This document shows positions 13,625-26,903 of a DNA stretch of 64,000 nt, in pieces. The notes beneath the pieces were generated by a model. That model did no database searches. It worked only from the letters and a program-made list of their open reading frames with translations, and was not told the DNA's origin. The DNA is from the human T2T-CHM13v2.0 reference genome, Homo sapiens: NCBI RefSeq assembly GCF_009914755.1, contig NC_060926.1; one strand, given 5' to 3'. Numbering within the stretch: position 1 is the stretch's first letter; each line of letters starts with the position of its first letter. The position numbers and the translations under genes were made by a program.

Positions 13625-14688
13625 TGTTGGGGCTCAGCAAAATGATACCCCAAAGTATGGTGCTTTGACTTGTTGAGTACAACTCACTCTTGAACAATGG
13701 AGGACTTATGGGCACTAGCCACCCACACAGTGAAAAATTCACACATACATTTCGAATCCCCTAAAATTTGACTACTAATAGCCTACTGTTGACCAGAAGC
13801 CTTCCCCATAATATGAACAATTACCACACATTTTGTATGTTATATGTATTATATACAACATTCTTATAAGTAAGCTAGAGAAAATAAAGATGTTATTAAG
13901 AAAAACATCAAAAAGAGAAAATATGTTTACTATGTATTAAGTGGAAGTAGATTATCCTCATCATCTTTAGGTTGAGTAGGCTAAGGATGAGGAAGAGAAA
14001 GAAGGGGGGTAGGTATTGCTGTCTCAGAGGTGGAAGAGGTAGACGAGGTAGAAGTGAGGCAGAAGAGGCAGATATACTTGGTGTAATTTTTATTTTTAAA
14101 AAATCTGCATATACAAGGACCCTTGCCATTCAACATTGTGTTGTTTAAGGATCAACTGTACTTTGCACAAAGGAAACAGCCTCAGAACCAAGGTCTCTCT
14201 GACCTTCTCCCACACCCGCTTCTCATGTTTTGCCCCTCTGCCTCTCCTGAAGCACAGAGAGGAGCTTTTCCTAAAATTCCCTTATCTGGCTAAGGAAAAT
14301 TCCTCCAGAATAAATGCAATTGTCTTGGGTCCCGCCCTTATAATCTCACCAAACAGAAGATTAACTCTCAGGAAGGAAGTCTAGAGTTGACACCACACAC
14401 AGAGCCATAGAAATTTTGTTCCAGGCTATTATCTGTTCTTTGGGCCTATTTATCTCCCCTAAAAATTATTTACTCTTCCTCTAAAATTGCCTACATTCCC
14501 CACTTCCCTCTTTCCTATGAAGAGGGTATTTAATCTTCAATCATCTGGCCCATCTTTGAGTTTTCATACTTTGTGTGACTCCCATTCACATGAGAGAGTG
14601 TTTTTCTCCTGTTGATCTGTCTATTGTCAGTTTACTTCAGCAGACTCAATTATCAACTTGTCAGAGAGAAAGTTTTAACTTTCCTACA
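13625..14688 (+). mobile_element. ERV1 solo LTR (MER34/MER39 group), split by Tigger2a
   Basis: Starts TGTTGGGGCTCAG...TACCCCAAAGTATGG, ends TTTCCTACA; LTR sequence resumes exactly after the Tigger insert. Confidence 0.75.
13680..14158 (+). mobile_element. Tigger2a-like TcMar MITE
   Basis: TA at 13678-13679 and 14159-14160; degenerate TIRs CAACTCACTCTTGAACAA / TTGTTTAAGGATCAACTG; homologous to the copy at 47771-48209. Confidence 0.85.
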
Positions 14689-15019
14689 ATAACATAATAA
14701 ATCTTTCCTTACGTGTTAGGTAGTTTAGGCTATCAAGTTGCTGCCCAAGTACCTTGACTAATTCTATCTTCATAGTTTAGGTAGTGATTTAGACCATTGC
14801 TATCAAACAGTAGTTCATGGACAGGTACTAATCCACAAAATATTTGATACTGTCATTGATAATATAAGGAAAATGTACTAGATTGTAAACCAACTATTTT
14901 ATGACTTTAAAGCATTTTTTAATGGCAAAACTTTATCAAAGAAGGAAGTGGTAAATTGATTTATATTCTGGCATATGCTCCTTATCACCTTTCAAACCTA
15001 TAATAAACAGACGACATAA

Positions 15020-16360
15020 AAAATTGAATTAGTAACTTAGAACTGTCTCATAAAGATAAGCCCAAGCCCAGACACTTTTTTGGTAAAGTTTACAAAAAAT
15101 TAGAGATGAAATAATACTATTTCTTCACATGTTCTCCCAGAAAGAGAGAGGAAGCGAGGAATACTTACCAAATTATTCCAGAAGGCCAGTATTACCCTGA
15201 TACAAAAGGCAGACTAAGATGTTACATGAAAATAAAAACACAGATACAAAAATTCTCAATGAAATATTAGCTAAGTAACACATAAAAAAGATTCTACACC
15301 ATGGCCAACTGAGATTTCTTATGGTTATGTAAGGTCAATTTAAGATCCAAAAATATCAATATATGTAATACACCATGTTTAAAAAATATAGGAGGCCATT
15401 GTTTTGGACGAAGTGCCTATATTAGGCTGTAACAGACCAGACTAAAAAGCAAAGGACAGTCACGCAACCCAAACTAAGTTGTCTGGCCATCAAAGAAATC
15501 AGGAGAAATAGCCAATTTCCTGAACAGACCAGTTTAAATACTTCAATGGGCATAACAATGAAGTTCCCTGTGTTCTAATCCTTACACAAAAATGGTAGCT
15601 TTAAGTAACCTGATGTTGACTAATCAGTTATTTTCTATTGTTCTGTCCACCTGTCCCTGCCTTACCAGAAAAGCATCTTTGAAAGGAATAAAATGCTCTT
15701 TGTTCTTTGCTTCTGCTTTCTTCAGTTCTTCCCTGTCTAAAGAGCCAACCCTTTTGGTTCAGCTCATTGAAACACTTATTCTATTTTATGGAATGAAGTT
15801 TTGGTGCTTCCAGAATTAAAAACAAGGCCAACTGAAATACTTAAACTAAATTTGTTGTAATTTTGTCTTTTGATAGCCATTTTGGTAGAATAAAGGGCAA
15901 GAACCACATGATCATCTCAACAGACACAGGAAAGTATTTGACAAAAATCTGTCACACTTTCATGATAAACTGTCATGGAAAACTGGAAATAAAAGGGAAT
16001 TTTCTAAAATTGATAAAGGGCGTCTATCAAAAATGTAGGCCAGTATCATATTTAATGTGAAAGACTGACAGCTTTCTCTCTCATATTAGGAAGAAGGCTA
16101 GGATGCCCACTTTTACCAATTTTATTTAGTATTGCACTGGAGTTTCCAGTCAGTACAACTAGGCAAGAAAAGGAAATCGAAGGCATCCAGGTTGGAAAGG
16201 AAGAAGTAAAGCATTCTGTTTTTATTCACAAATGACATGATCTTTTATATAGAAAACCCTAAGGGGATCCACGCAACCCCACCCTTATCAAATCACATAC
16301 ACACACAACTACCTATACTGTAAGTTCAGCAGGATTTCAGGATAGAAGATCAATATATAA
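15020..16360 (+). mobile_element. Old L1M ORF2 (reverse transcriptase region) fragment, interrupted by an LTR
   Basis: GGCCAGTATTACCCTGATAC; AACCACATGATCATCTCAACAGAC (the KNHMIIS motif appears in ORF 15863..16060). Confidence 0.85.
15376..15875 (+). mobile_element. ERV1 solo LTR (MER67-like)
   Basis: GGAGGCCATTGTTTTGGAC ... AACTAAATTTGTTGTAATTTTGTCTTTTGATA; near-TSD ACCA/GCCA within the L1. Confidence 0.7.
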
Positions 16361-16714
16361 CTGGTCATAATTCAGTTACTTAGGATAGCGCTAATAAAAT
16401 ATTACTGACTACATTGTTTTAAAAGTGCTTTCAAACAAGATGTACAAATTAAGATTTTGTTCAGCTATCTATTCATTCCAAGGAAATTTCTGGATGCCAT
16501 ATTTGGGAATATTCTACTTTAATCATAAAATTTAAGCCATGCATATAATATCTACTGGAGTTGTGTTTATACTATTTTTATAAAATTATATATACACACA
16601 CATGTGTGTATAATGGTAAAATACATATTTTACATACATATATATGTTACCATAAGTAACATAGAGGCCAAATAAATAAATGAGAAATGTTTTTTCCTTT
16701 GGTTTACATCTTTA

Positions 16715-16828
16715 ACATTTATTGACAAATACTAATTTTACATATTTATATGTATAACATATTGTTTTGAAATAATATATGTTGCAAAATAGCTAAATCT
16801 GTTTAACATATGCATTATCTCACATACT
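16715..16828 (-). mobile_element. L1MA 3'-end fragment
   Basis: TTTATTGACA...AACATATGCATTATCTCACATACT. Confidence 0.6.
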
Positions 16829-17371
16829 GGAAAGTTTTAATTATTAATTATAATAATGTTATTTGCTATAATTGACTATAATTCAAAGTCTTGCTAAAAT
16901 ATTCACTTTGGTCCTTAAAAACAGCTCTTTTTTATATTTTGAGAACTATCACTTTCATTTTTATTACTAGAACAGGAAGAATCAATGTAGGGTTTATATG
17001 GAAGAGATTTTCAAGTAGATCAGTCTCTGCCAATATACATACCTCTGTAGAGTCAGCAACTTTCATGTAGACACATTTTGGCTCGGCAGTTTTTCCCAAG
17101 AGTCAGCACATATTTGGGGAAATCCATCCCCATTTTCTCTATAACTGAAGAAAATTTGACCCAATAATGAATCAAATAAAATAGTATATATTTTTTAAAT
17201 TTAGTGGAAACAAAATTTAAAAGTGATATAATTGATAAGTAAGTTTTAAATTAAAAGGAAAGAGGCATTCAAAAAAGATAATCTTTCACAGTTGTATTTG
17301 ATACACAATATAATTTTGCAAATGATAATACTTTTGTATAAATGAGGGCTCTATTGGTTTCATTAATTAGA

Positions 17372-17740
17372 CATTCAATCAACTCGTTAATTTCCTAGGA
17401 TATACCAGGTGTTGAGTTACTGCTTGAGATGCAGAAATGAAGAAGACATAGTCTTTGCAATTAGGGCATTCTCAATGCACTTGAAAAGTCATGAAAGAAA
17501 ATCAATATCTACAATATTGTATAGTAAGTGCTATAGTATAGGAATGAATAAAATATGATGGGAGCAGAAGTAAAACTGGGTATGAACAACAGTGCTCTTG
17601 AAGGAAATTTCCAGAAAGATTTGGAAATGGTTACAAGAGATAAAAAACGTAAAACAAAGCTACAATAAAAAGCATGGGTCAAGTAGATGTAGAAGAAGAT
17701 TATTTCCAGATAGAAGTAACAGAATATGGAAAACTAAAGA
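17372..17740 (-). mobile_element. L2 3'-end fragment
   Basis: CATTCAATCAAC...GAGATGCAGAAATGAAGAAGACATAGTC. Confidence 0.5.
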
Positions 17741-18087
17741 GATAACCACACCTCCTCCAATCATTTAAGCTACGCCTACTCATATACTCAACTGAACGAA
17801 AGGGTGATTTACACACACCAACCATTTTCATGTTCATTAGACTGGACCTTCACAGGTGTTCTACGTAGTTCCTGCTGATACTCTCTTTACTTTGTGAATT
17901 TGTGGTCCTATTTTGCTTCTGGCCAATATATTTAAATAATTCTGTCTCCCCATCTTATTCAGCTTGGCCAAGAAAGTTGGCTCTTCAGAACCCAGCCCAA
18001 CAGTGTTTGTCACCCCAGGAAAACTTGGTATTAACATTCCTGTGAGAAAAGTGGTAGTAGATGGAATGGGTGTAGGAGAGTGGGAGA

Positions 18088-19350
18088 TGTATTAGTTGTA
18101 TTAGCCGAGCGCATGCAGCTAGTAAATATTTACATATCCAAGACTGGGGAATTTATGAAGAAAAGGTGTCTTAATGGACTCACAGTTCCAGGTGGCTGGA
18201 CAGGGCTCACAATCATGATGAAAGGCTAAAGGCATGTCTTACATGGTTGCAGACAAGAGAAAATGAGAGCCAAGTGAGAGGGGTTTCCCTTTATAAAACC
18301 ATCAGAGCTTGTGAAACTTATTCACTACCAAGAGAAAGCATGGGGAAAACTCCCCTATAATTCAATTATCTTCCACCAGGTCCCTCCCACAACACGTGGG
18401 AATTATGTGAACTGCAATTCAAGATGAAATTTGGGTGGGGACATAGCCAAACCCTATCTTTCTGCCCCGTCCCCTCCCAAATATCATGCCCTCACATTTA
18501 AAAACCAATCATGCCTTCCCAACAGTTCCCCAAAGTCTTAACTTATTTCAGCATTAACTCAAAAGTCCACAGTCCAAAGTCTCATCTGAGACAAGGCAAG
18601 TCCCTTTCACCTATGAGTCCGTAAAATCAAAAGCTACTTACTTCCTAGATACAATAGACCTACAGGCATTGGATAAATACACCCATTCCAAATGAGAAAA
18701 ACTGGCCAAAACAAAAGGTCTAAAGGACCCAAACAAGTCCAAAATCCTGTGTGGCAGTCAAATCTTAAAGCTCCAAAATGATCTCCTTCAACTCCATATC
18801 TCACATCCAGGTCACACTGATGCAAGATGTGGGTTCCCATAGTTTTGGGTAGCTCTGCCCCTGTGGCTTTGCAGGGTACAGCCTCCCTCCTGGCTGCTTT
18901 CATGGGCTGGTGTTGGGCATCTGTGGCTTTTCCAAGTGCACAGTGCAAGCTGTTGGTGTATCTACCATTCTGGGGTCTGGAGGACTATGGCCCTCTTCTC
19001 ACAGCTCCACCAGGCAGTGACCCCCAGTGGGGATTCTGTGTGGGGGCTTCAATCTCACATTTCCCTTCTGCACTACTCTAGCTGAGGTTCTCCATGAGAG
19101 CCCCACCCCTGAGGCAAGCTTCTACCTGGTCATCCAGGCATTTCAATACATCCTCTGAAATCTAGGCGGAAGTTCCCAAACCTCAATTCTTGATTTCTGT
19201 GCACCCATAGGCTCAATACCACATGGAAGCTACCAAGGCTTGGGGCTTACATTCACTGAAGCCACAGCCTGAGCTGTACCTAGGCCCTTTTCAGCCATGG
19301 ATAGAGTGGCTGGGACACAGGGCACCAAGTCCCTAGGATACATACAGCAG
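18088..19350 (-). mobile_element. THE1 (MaLR) LTR 18088-18459 plus adjoining truncated THE1 internal region
   Basis: TGTATTAG...GGGTGGGGACATAGCCAAACCCTATCT, then the internal motif AAAGTCCACAGTCCAAAGTCTCATCTGAGACAAGGCAAGTCCC. Confidence 0.92.
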
Positions 19351-21620
19351 TGACCTGTGACCAATAATACCACAGTTAAAATAATTTTAAAGACAAGGAT
19401 CTCAAATTTATAGATGATAAATATAAACATTATACAAATATGAATACAAATATGATATATACAGAGAATATATATAATAGCATAGTATTTACATATAAAT
19501 TACATATATACACTATTTTCTGTATTTTATGTTCCCTACAAATGATTTTAGAGTTTCCCTTTTTTACTTAAAATTCTAAAATTCTAAAATTTTATCCGAA
19601 TTTGTCTTGGTGGAAATCTAAAAAATGATTATTCCCACTTGGCATTCAGTGTGGACTTTTAATTCAAAAGTTCACACCTTTTCTCAGCTCAGGATATTTT
19701 TTATGTTACATATTTTCTTTCTTTTCTCCTTTGTGATTGTTAATTCCCTGCCTTTGTGGCATCTATTAAGTGAATTTTGAAATCAATAGACATGTCCATG
19801 TGTCAAACATCTTTCCATAACTTTCATTTTGTTGTTCTTTTGCATATATTCTGAAGGAATGCCGTAGTTTTTTCCTAAGATCATTAAAACATTTTCAGCT
19901 TGGAGACAAGTAATCTGAGTTTAGAAATCATCTATGAATTTGAGATTCCTGTCTTTAAAATTATCATTTTAATTGTGGTATTCTTGGTCACAGACAATAA
20001 AATATAATTTCACTGGCAATAGCAATGGCATATAGTGATATACTAATGATCTTCATATGCTGTATAAGAAGAGAAGCATTAATTTCTCATCTAGTTTGTA
20101 CATGTTCCCATTCCTCCTCTAAACAAATAAACCAAGATCCAATAATTTTTGTATCATGTTGGTTGTTTCACAATTATGTTAATCATAGAACTATTGTACA
20201 CCTTTCAAATTTTCTTTTTACATATTAAGAAATACAATTTTCTCAATTTAAGGTTTCAAAAATGTAGATATTTTTTCTTTGAATGTTACATGTCTTAGAA
20301 GTGAAATACAGTCCACTAGAAAATGTAACCTACCCAAAGTTAAGAAACCTTAAAGACAATGCAAAATCAAACTGTTCACATCCTGTGAAATAAATACATT
20401 GTAAGTGCAAATGAGAAGTTACTTCCGTTAGTGATAAGCACAAAAAAATGAAATGAATTGAACAATAATTATAAGACATCTCAGAGATTGAGAACTTGCT
20501 TTAATGAAGCTGAAATTCAGAGGGAAATTAAACTATATGTCTTATTTGAGAAACAAATTGCTTATTCCAGACCCAATACTTTTATGGCTCTGGGAAATCC
20601 CAAGTTATTTTTCTGAATTAAGACAAGAACCAATTAAAATGTTTTCAGAACAGCATAGACTTTTTATATGGGCTATGACATATAATTGCACATTTATTAT
20701 AAACAGTCAGGGCTTCTATATGTATTTAGCAGATGGATATTGCAACCTTTAGCAAAATAAATTAACTAATTCACCTCCCTGAAAAAGAAAAGTATTATTT
20801 AAATACACCATCAAGTGATATCATACTAAATTACAAAAGATTCCTATTCAGGCTCCAGCTGCAAAGACGATTTACTTATTCTAATCTACAAAATATATCA
20901 CAAAGGTCTTCAACACTAATATCCAATAAAGACACATGGTGATATGATTAATTAATGCATTAGATGGAAAGCATAAGAAAAAGAAAAGAGTCAAGTTAGA
21001 CTCCAAGATTTTTTACTTTTACTTAAGCATCTAAAACACTGTGATAGCCATTTACTAAGATAGGGTATTCTGCTGGAGAGATTTTCTAGCAGGATGGTCC
21101 GAGTTGGATTTGGGAATGCTGGAGTGTTTAAGTAGGAGTATTCTCCTTTACTGTAAACTCACTAACAGCAGCTTCTGCTGAAACACCAGCTGTGTAGTCT
21201 GAAAGGATCTCTCTTATGGAAGAGGTTTAATAGATTTTCCTAACAAAACTGGAAATAGAAATAATTCAAAATGTCTGTTTCCCGAGATATATATCACCAT
21301 TAGTCATTGCTACTCACCTACAGGACAATTTCTTGTCTTCCACAATTAAGAGTTCTTGATTCACTTTTGTATCAACTGCAATGATGAAAGTGCTAAGTTG
21401 TTTGCAATAATCTACTCAATTTTTCTGCTTGGTATTTTACTATAGGCATTTCACATTAAGACCAGCATAATGGTGGGGAAAAGTTGCTATTTATATAGTT
21501 TTGCTATTTATACAGTTTCCCAAGCACATTTTACTTGTTAAGAGAAAAATTAGTTTCTTTCACATACCAAAAAAAGAAAAAAGCGAGTTGTGAATATATT
21601 AACTGAAAGTATATTATTTT

Positions 21621-21759
21621 AGCCAGGTGCAGTGGTGCACACCTGTAGTCCCAGCTACTTGGGAGGCTGAGATGGGAGGGCAGATCATTTGAGACCAGGA
21701 GTTTGAGGTCATCCTGGGAAACACAGCAAGACCTTGTCTCTAAAATAAAATAAGTAAAT
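21621..21759 (+). mobile_element. Alu monomer (FLAM)
   Basis: Single Alu arm followed by an A-rich tail. Confidence 0.85.
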
Positions 21760-22181
21760 TACATATATTTTTCCTTTTTTTATTATTTGAAGACCTTATT
21801 TAGTGTTATTCAGTGTAGATACTTAGAACAGAAAATAAGAAAAAAAGTCAAGCTGTAATCATTTCACTTTACTCATTTATACTAATTCTACTCCTGTTTT
21901 TTTGTTCATGAACAGACATGTTTGACCAAAGACATGACTAGATAGCCTGGCTAAAATGAATAATCCACCTTTTTAAAAGATGGCTAAGACTACAAGAAAT
22001 GAAAAATCTGAGACAAATATGATTGTCCGAGTATAATAGAAGGTCTACTTTCAAGTAATCAAATAAAATAACAGCCAAACTAAAACTCTGTACCCAATAA
22101 AGATAACCTTCCAAAATGAAGGTAAGTGAAAAGGATTTCAGAAAAACAAAAACAGTGAGAATTCCTCTCCAGGAAAACTTT

Positions 22182-22183
<2 letters not shown>

Positions 22184-22225
<42 letters not shown>
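22184..22225. repeat. (CA)n microsatellite
   Basis: Direct reading, about 21 units. Confidence 0.95.
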
Positions 22226-22229
<4 letters not shown>

Positions 22230-22231
<2 letters not shown>

Positions 22232-22475
22232 GAGATTTTAGTACTGTACTATATTGTACAGTACTATAGGATGACTATGTTAAATAAAATATACAGATTC
22301 AAATAGCTAGAAATATATGAAATGTTCCCAACAACAAAAAAAGGATAAATGTTTGAAATGACAGATATGCTAATTACCTTTATCTGATCACCATAAATTA
22401 CATGTATCTAAACATCACTACATGCCTCAAAAATATGCACAATTATTTTGTGTTCATTAAAAATGAAATAAAATA
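22230..22475 (+). mobile_element. L1MA 3' end (an L1 ORF1-like fragment precedes it at ~21950-22180)
   Basis: GATAAATGTTTGAAATGACAGATATGCTAATTACC...CATTAAAAATGAAATAAAA. Confidence 0.75.
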
Positions 22476-22553
22476 TTTTGCTCAGGAATAAGAATTCACA
22501 CTTTTAAAAATACAGATGATTTAATTCTAACATTATAAGAAATTATATCTCTA

Positions 22554-23011
22554 TGTAAATCAGAATTCTTCAGAGAAACGGAATCAGTGGTTTATAGTTT
22601 ATTTATTTATTTATCATAATGAATTGACTCATGTGATGATGAAGTGCTAAGAAGTCCCCAAATCTTTCTGCAAACTAAAGACCGAGGAGAACTGATGGTG
22701 TAGTAACAGTCTGAGTCTAAGGGCCTGGGTATGAGGAAAGATGATGATGACAGTTTCAGTCCAAATGCAGAAAACCAATACCTAGGCTTGAAAACAGCCA
22801 GGTAGAGAGAGAAAATTCTCTCTGACCCTTTTTTGATTCAAGTCATACATTCAATAGAACAGTGGAAAAGGCAATCTGCTTTACTCATTCGAATGTTAAT
22901 CTCATTCAGAAATTCAGAAACATCCCCACAGACACATGCAGAATAACGTTTAGCCAAATATATGGGTACATTGCAGTTCTGTCACGTTCACATATAAAGT
23001 TCACCATAACA
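22554..23011 (-). mobile_element. MLT2 (ERVL) solo LTR
   Basis: TTCTTCAGAGAAACGGAATCAGTGG ... CACAGACACATGCAGAATAACGTTTAGCCAAATAT ... CACCATAACA. Confidence 0.8.
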
Positions 23012-23252
23012 CAATAAATATTCTTGTACTTCTTTTATAACTTTCATGAATGTTCAACTATGTTGTAAATGCCAGGCAGATATTTATATATCTATAATCT
23101 CTACCACTTGATTTGTAAATTACTTATCAAACTAGTTGCCTAATAAATATTTTCAAATAAATGGATGATTAATATTTTGTCCTTAGATTTATTTTACACT
23201 GAGAAGTTGCAACACAAGAGCTGCTAAACCATTGAAAATATCTGAACTATAG

Positions 23253-23854
23253 TGTTGATGGCTGTTGTGAGACCTTTGTTCTCATCTTCTTAGTTTAAAA
23301 GAATTTAAACAAAAGACAAACAGCAAAAGAGGTGCAGCATAGAACAATTTACTACAAAGGAAAAATAATATTTTGAAAGTTAACTGCAGAATAAACAGTA
23401 CACCCTGAGAGACAGAGAGGATTCAGGGTGGGCCGCTCATAAGTATGAGACAGCAAAGATTGGCACTAGGAAGACTCCGTTTATGGGAGTCTTACATAAT
23501 TATTCATAAGGGGTGAAAAAGGTATTACTAGTAAGCATGTTCTGGGTGGTCCTCTGGGTGCACATGCACAGTAGCTGTACATGCTTGTTCATACATCAGA
23601 TGTCTCATTAGCATCAGAAATCTCCACCCTGGGCTGTGTTTTTTAATCATATAAAGAGCAAAGGTTAGTCTGAAGACAGGTAAAAACAAAACGCACATGC
23701 TTTCTGCAGGGGAAATTCCCTACTGGAGATCGTTTTGCTTTAATGAGCTTGACTACAATGCAAATGCTGAGGCTTATTGTGTTTACTGTATGGTTGCCAT
23801 GTTCTCACATCCTGGGAACATGGTTACTTCCTTGACTGTCTCTATCTTGCCTCA
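23253..23854 (-). mobile_element. ERV1 solo LTR (LTR19B-like)
   Basis: TG...CA termini with perfect 4-bp TSD ATAG (23249-23252, 23855-23858). Confidence 0.85.
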
Positions 23855-24018
23855 ATAGGATCTCAGAAATATCTCCCTAGCTTTGTGATCATGTAGAAAA
23901 TATTATCAGTACATATCAGCCTTGAGTATTTGCTAAATGCCCCTTTTGGGAAACTTTTATAAAAATAATGAATTTAAATCCTACCTAATGTTTAACATCA
24001 ACAAATTCACTTTTCTAG

Positions 24019-24477
24019 TGTAAACCCTGAAAATTTGAGACAGGTCTTAGTTAATTTAGAAAGTTTATTTTGCCAAGGTTGAGGATGCCTGCCCAAGACA
24101 CAGCCTCAGAAGGTCCTGATGACATGTGGCCAAGGTGATCAGAGCACAGCTTAGTTTTATACATTTTAGGGAGACATGAGACATCAATCAACATATGTAA
24201 AATGAACATTTGTTCCCTCGGAAAGGCAGGACAACCCAAGTAGGACAACTCATGCAGGGAGGGGGTTTCCAGGTCACAGGTAGGTGAGAGACACACGGTT
24301 GCATTCTTTTGAGTTTCTGATTAGCCTTTCCAAAGGAGGCAATCAGAAATACATTTATTAAGTGAACAGAGGGCTGACTTTGAATAGAATGGGTAGCAGG
24401 TTTGCCCTAAGCAGTTCCCAGCTTGAATTTTCCCTTTAGCTTAGTGATTTGGGGAGCCAAGATATTTTCCTTTCACA
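24019..24477 (-). mobile_element. MER4A-type ERV1 solo LTR
   Basis: AAAGTTTATTTTGCCAAGGTTGAGGA...TTTTCCTTTCACA; perfect TSD CTAG (24015-24018, 24478-24481). Confidence 0.9.
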
Positions 24478-24672
24478 CTAGTAAAATTATATATATATAT
24501 ATTTTTCAAGGTTCTCAATTTTTTTACTCTCATCTGTATCTTATAATAAATACTTCTTTTGTTCATATTTTGAACAAGATTTTGTTAATCTTCATGAAAA
24601 AAGTGATCTCAAACAAACATAGATTTTAAAAAGTCTACAAGAAGGTTAAAATAATTTCTACAAGAAGTTTGA

Positions 24673-25022
24673 TGATATGGTTTGGCTGTGTCCCCACCCA
24701 AATCTCATCTTGAATTCCCGCTTGTTGTGGGAAGGATCTGGTGGGAGGTAACTGAATCATGGGGGCAGGTATTTCCCATGCTGTTCTCGTGAGAATGAAT
24801 AATTCTCATGAAATCTGATGGTTCTGTAAGGAAGAGATTCCCTGCACAAGCTCTCTGCCTACTGCCATCCATGTAACACGTGACTTGCTCCTCCTTGCCT
24901 TCCACCATGATTGTGAGGCCTCCCCAGTCATGTGGAACTGTAAGTCCATTAAAACCTTTTTCCTGATAAATTACCCAGTCTCAAGTATGTCTTTATCAAC
25001 AGTGTGAAAACAGACTAATACA
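24673..25022 (+). mobile_element. THE1 solo LTR
   Basis: TGATATGGTTTGGCTGTGTCCCCACCCAAATCTCATCTTGAA...GACTAATACA. Confidence 0.93.
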
Positions 25023-25127
25023 CTTGGGATCTGGTAGTAAAGAATTAGAAGAAAGTGCATTGTAATGACCTTAGGCCTGTCACAGCAAATTGCAGTGATT
25101 CACTTTTTCCTCCAACTAAATAGTAGC

Positions 25128-25489
25128 TGATATGATTTGGCTCTGTGTCCCCACCCAAATCCCATCTTGAATTGTAGCTCCCATAACTCTCACATGTTGT
25201 AGGAGGGACCCAGTGGGAGATAATTGATTCATGGGGTGGTTTTTCCTATATTGTTCTCATGGTAGTGAATATGTCTCACAAGATCTGATGGTTTTATAAG
25301 GGGTTTCCTCTTTCACTTGGCTCTCACTCTCTCTTGTCTACTGCCATAAGACTTGCCTTTCACCTTCCACCATGATTGTGAAGCCTCCCCAGCCTTGTGG
25401 AACTGTGAGTCCATTAAACCTCTTTTTCTTTATAAATTGCCCAGTCTCGGCTATGTCTCTATCAGCAAGAGTGAAAACCGACTAACACA
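25128..25489 (+). mobile_element. THE1 solo LTR (THE1C/D-like)
   Basis: TGATATGATTTGGCTCTGTGTCCCCACCC...GACTAACACA; TSD GTAGC/GAAGC. Confidence 0.93.
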
Positions 25490-25577
25490 GAAGCTACTTA
25501 CAACCAATTTTACATGTAAATGGAATGTTAAAATAAATCCTAACATGCTATGAAAAGTGTCCAAAAAATCCATTTGA

Positions 25578-25988
<411 letters not shown>

Positions 25989-26773
25989 TAATGCACAAAA
26001 ATGCACATTTTTGCAGTTAAGCATTAAAGTCTAATGATCTGTTATTAAATATACCAGATATAACAATAGTAAGCAAGTGTCAAGAATAATGGAATAGTTG
26101 TGTTTCTGCCAATTTATTTATTTTTGTTATCATTGTTGCCAATCTACATTTTGTTTCATAAATGGCTATTCCTTTTGTAGGACAGTAAATATTTCAGATA
26201 CATTTGTTTGTTCCAGAAAGATAAAAAAAAAAGACATAAAACAATTTCTTTGTTTAGGTGTATCGAATAGCAGAGATATATATAAACAGATAGCAGAGTC
26301 TTTTCTTAACTCAGATTACACTTTTGTATTATTTACTTATTTATCTTAGTCACTCAGTGCCCACATAGTCCTTTTTCTATTACAGTTGGGCTGCATTTGC
26401 TTTTTCTGTTACCTTAATATTGAATGGAGACCACTCTAGGAATAAGCTTACACTTTGTAAACATCTAAAACAAGAGGTAGCACCTAAAAAAATTGACTTC
26501 TAGACAGTCAATGTCTGCTAAGATGAGGATGAGAAAACCATGTCCTGATCTTGAGCTAGAAATAACCTATTGGTCACCTTACAAGTGTTTAATATTCTAA
26601 CTAAAATTAAATAATATCAATGACTCCTGAAAGTGACATTCCATGGGTAATAATGGAATGCTTAAATGTCAAATTCTGAATTAACCATTTTGTTATAAAA
26701 TAGAGAATAAATGTGGCATGTAAGAAATGATTTAATTATTTTTCCTGGTTCTGAATAGGAATGGAATATCCAT

Positions 26774-26903
26774 GGGGTGACCATATGTCCTATTTTCCCT
26801 GGGCAATGTCGTGTTAATTATGAAGTCCCAGTGTAAATATTAATAGTAATCCCTTTCACGAAAGTCTCCCACCATGAATGATAAAATATATTCTTGACTC
26901 GTA
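26774..26903. mobile_element. MER94/MER81-like hAT-Blackjack MITE
   Basis: GGGTGACCATATGTCC terminus; internal AATATTAATAGTAATCCCTTTCAC. Confidence 0.5.

Noticed and set aside
18634-19430. ORFs of 66-104 aa
   Set aside because: Degenerate THE1 internal sequence.
24673-25489. Two same-strand THE1 LTRs as one deleted provirus
   Set aside because: They differ in subfamily-type indels, the second has its own TSD, and the 105-bp spacer does not resemble THE1 internal sequence.
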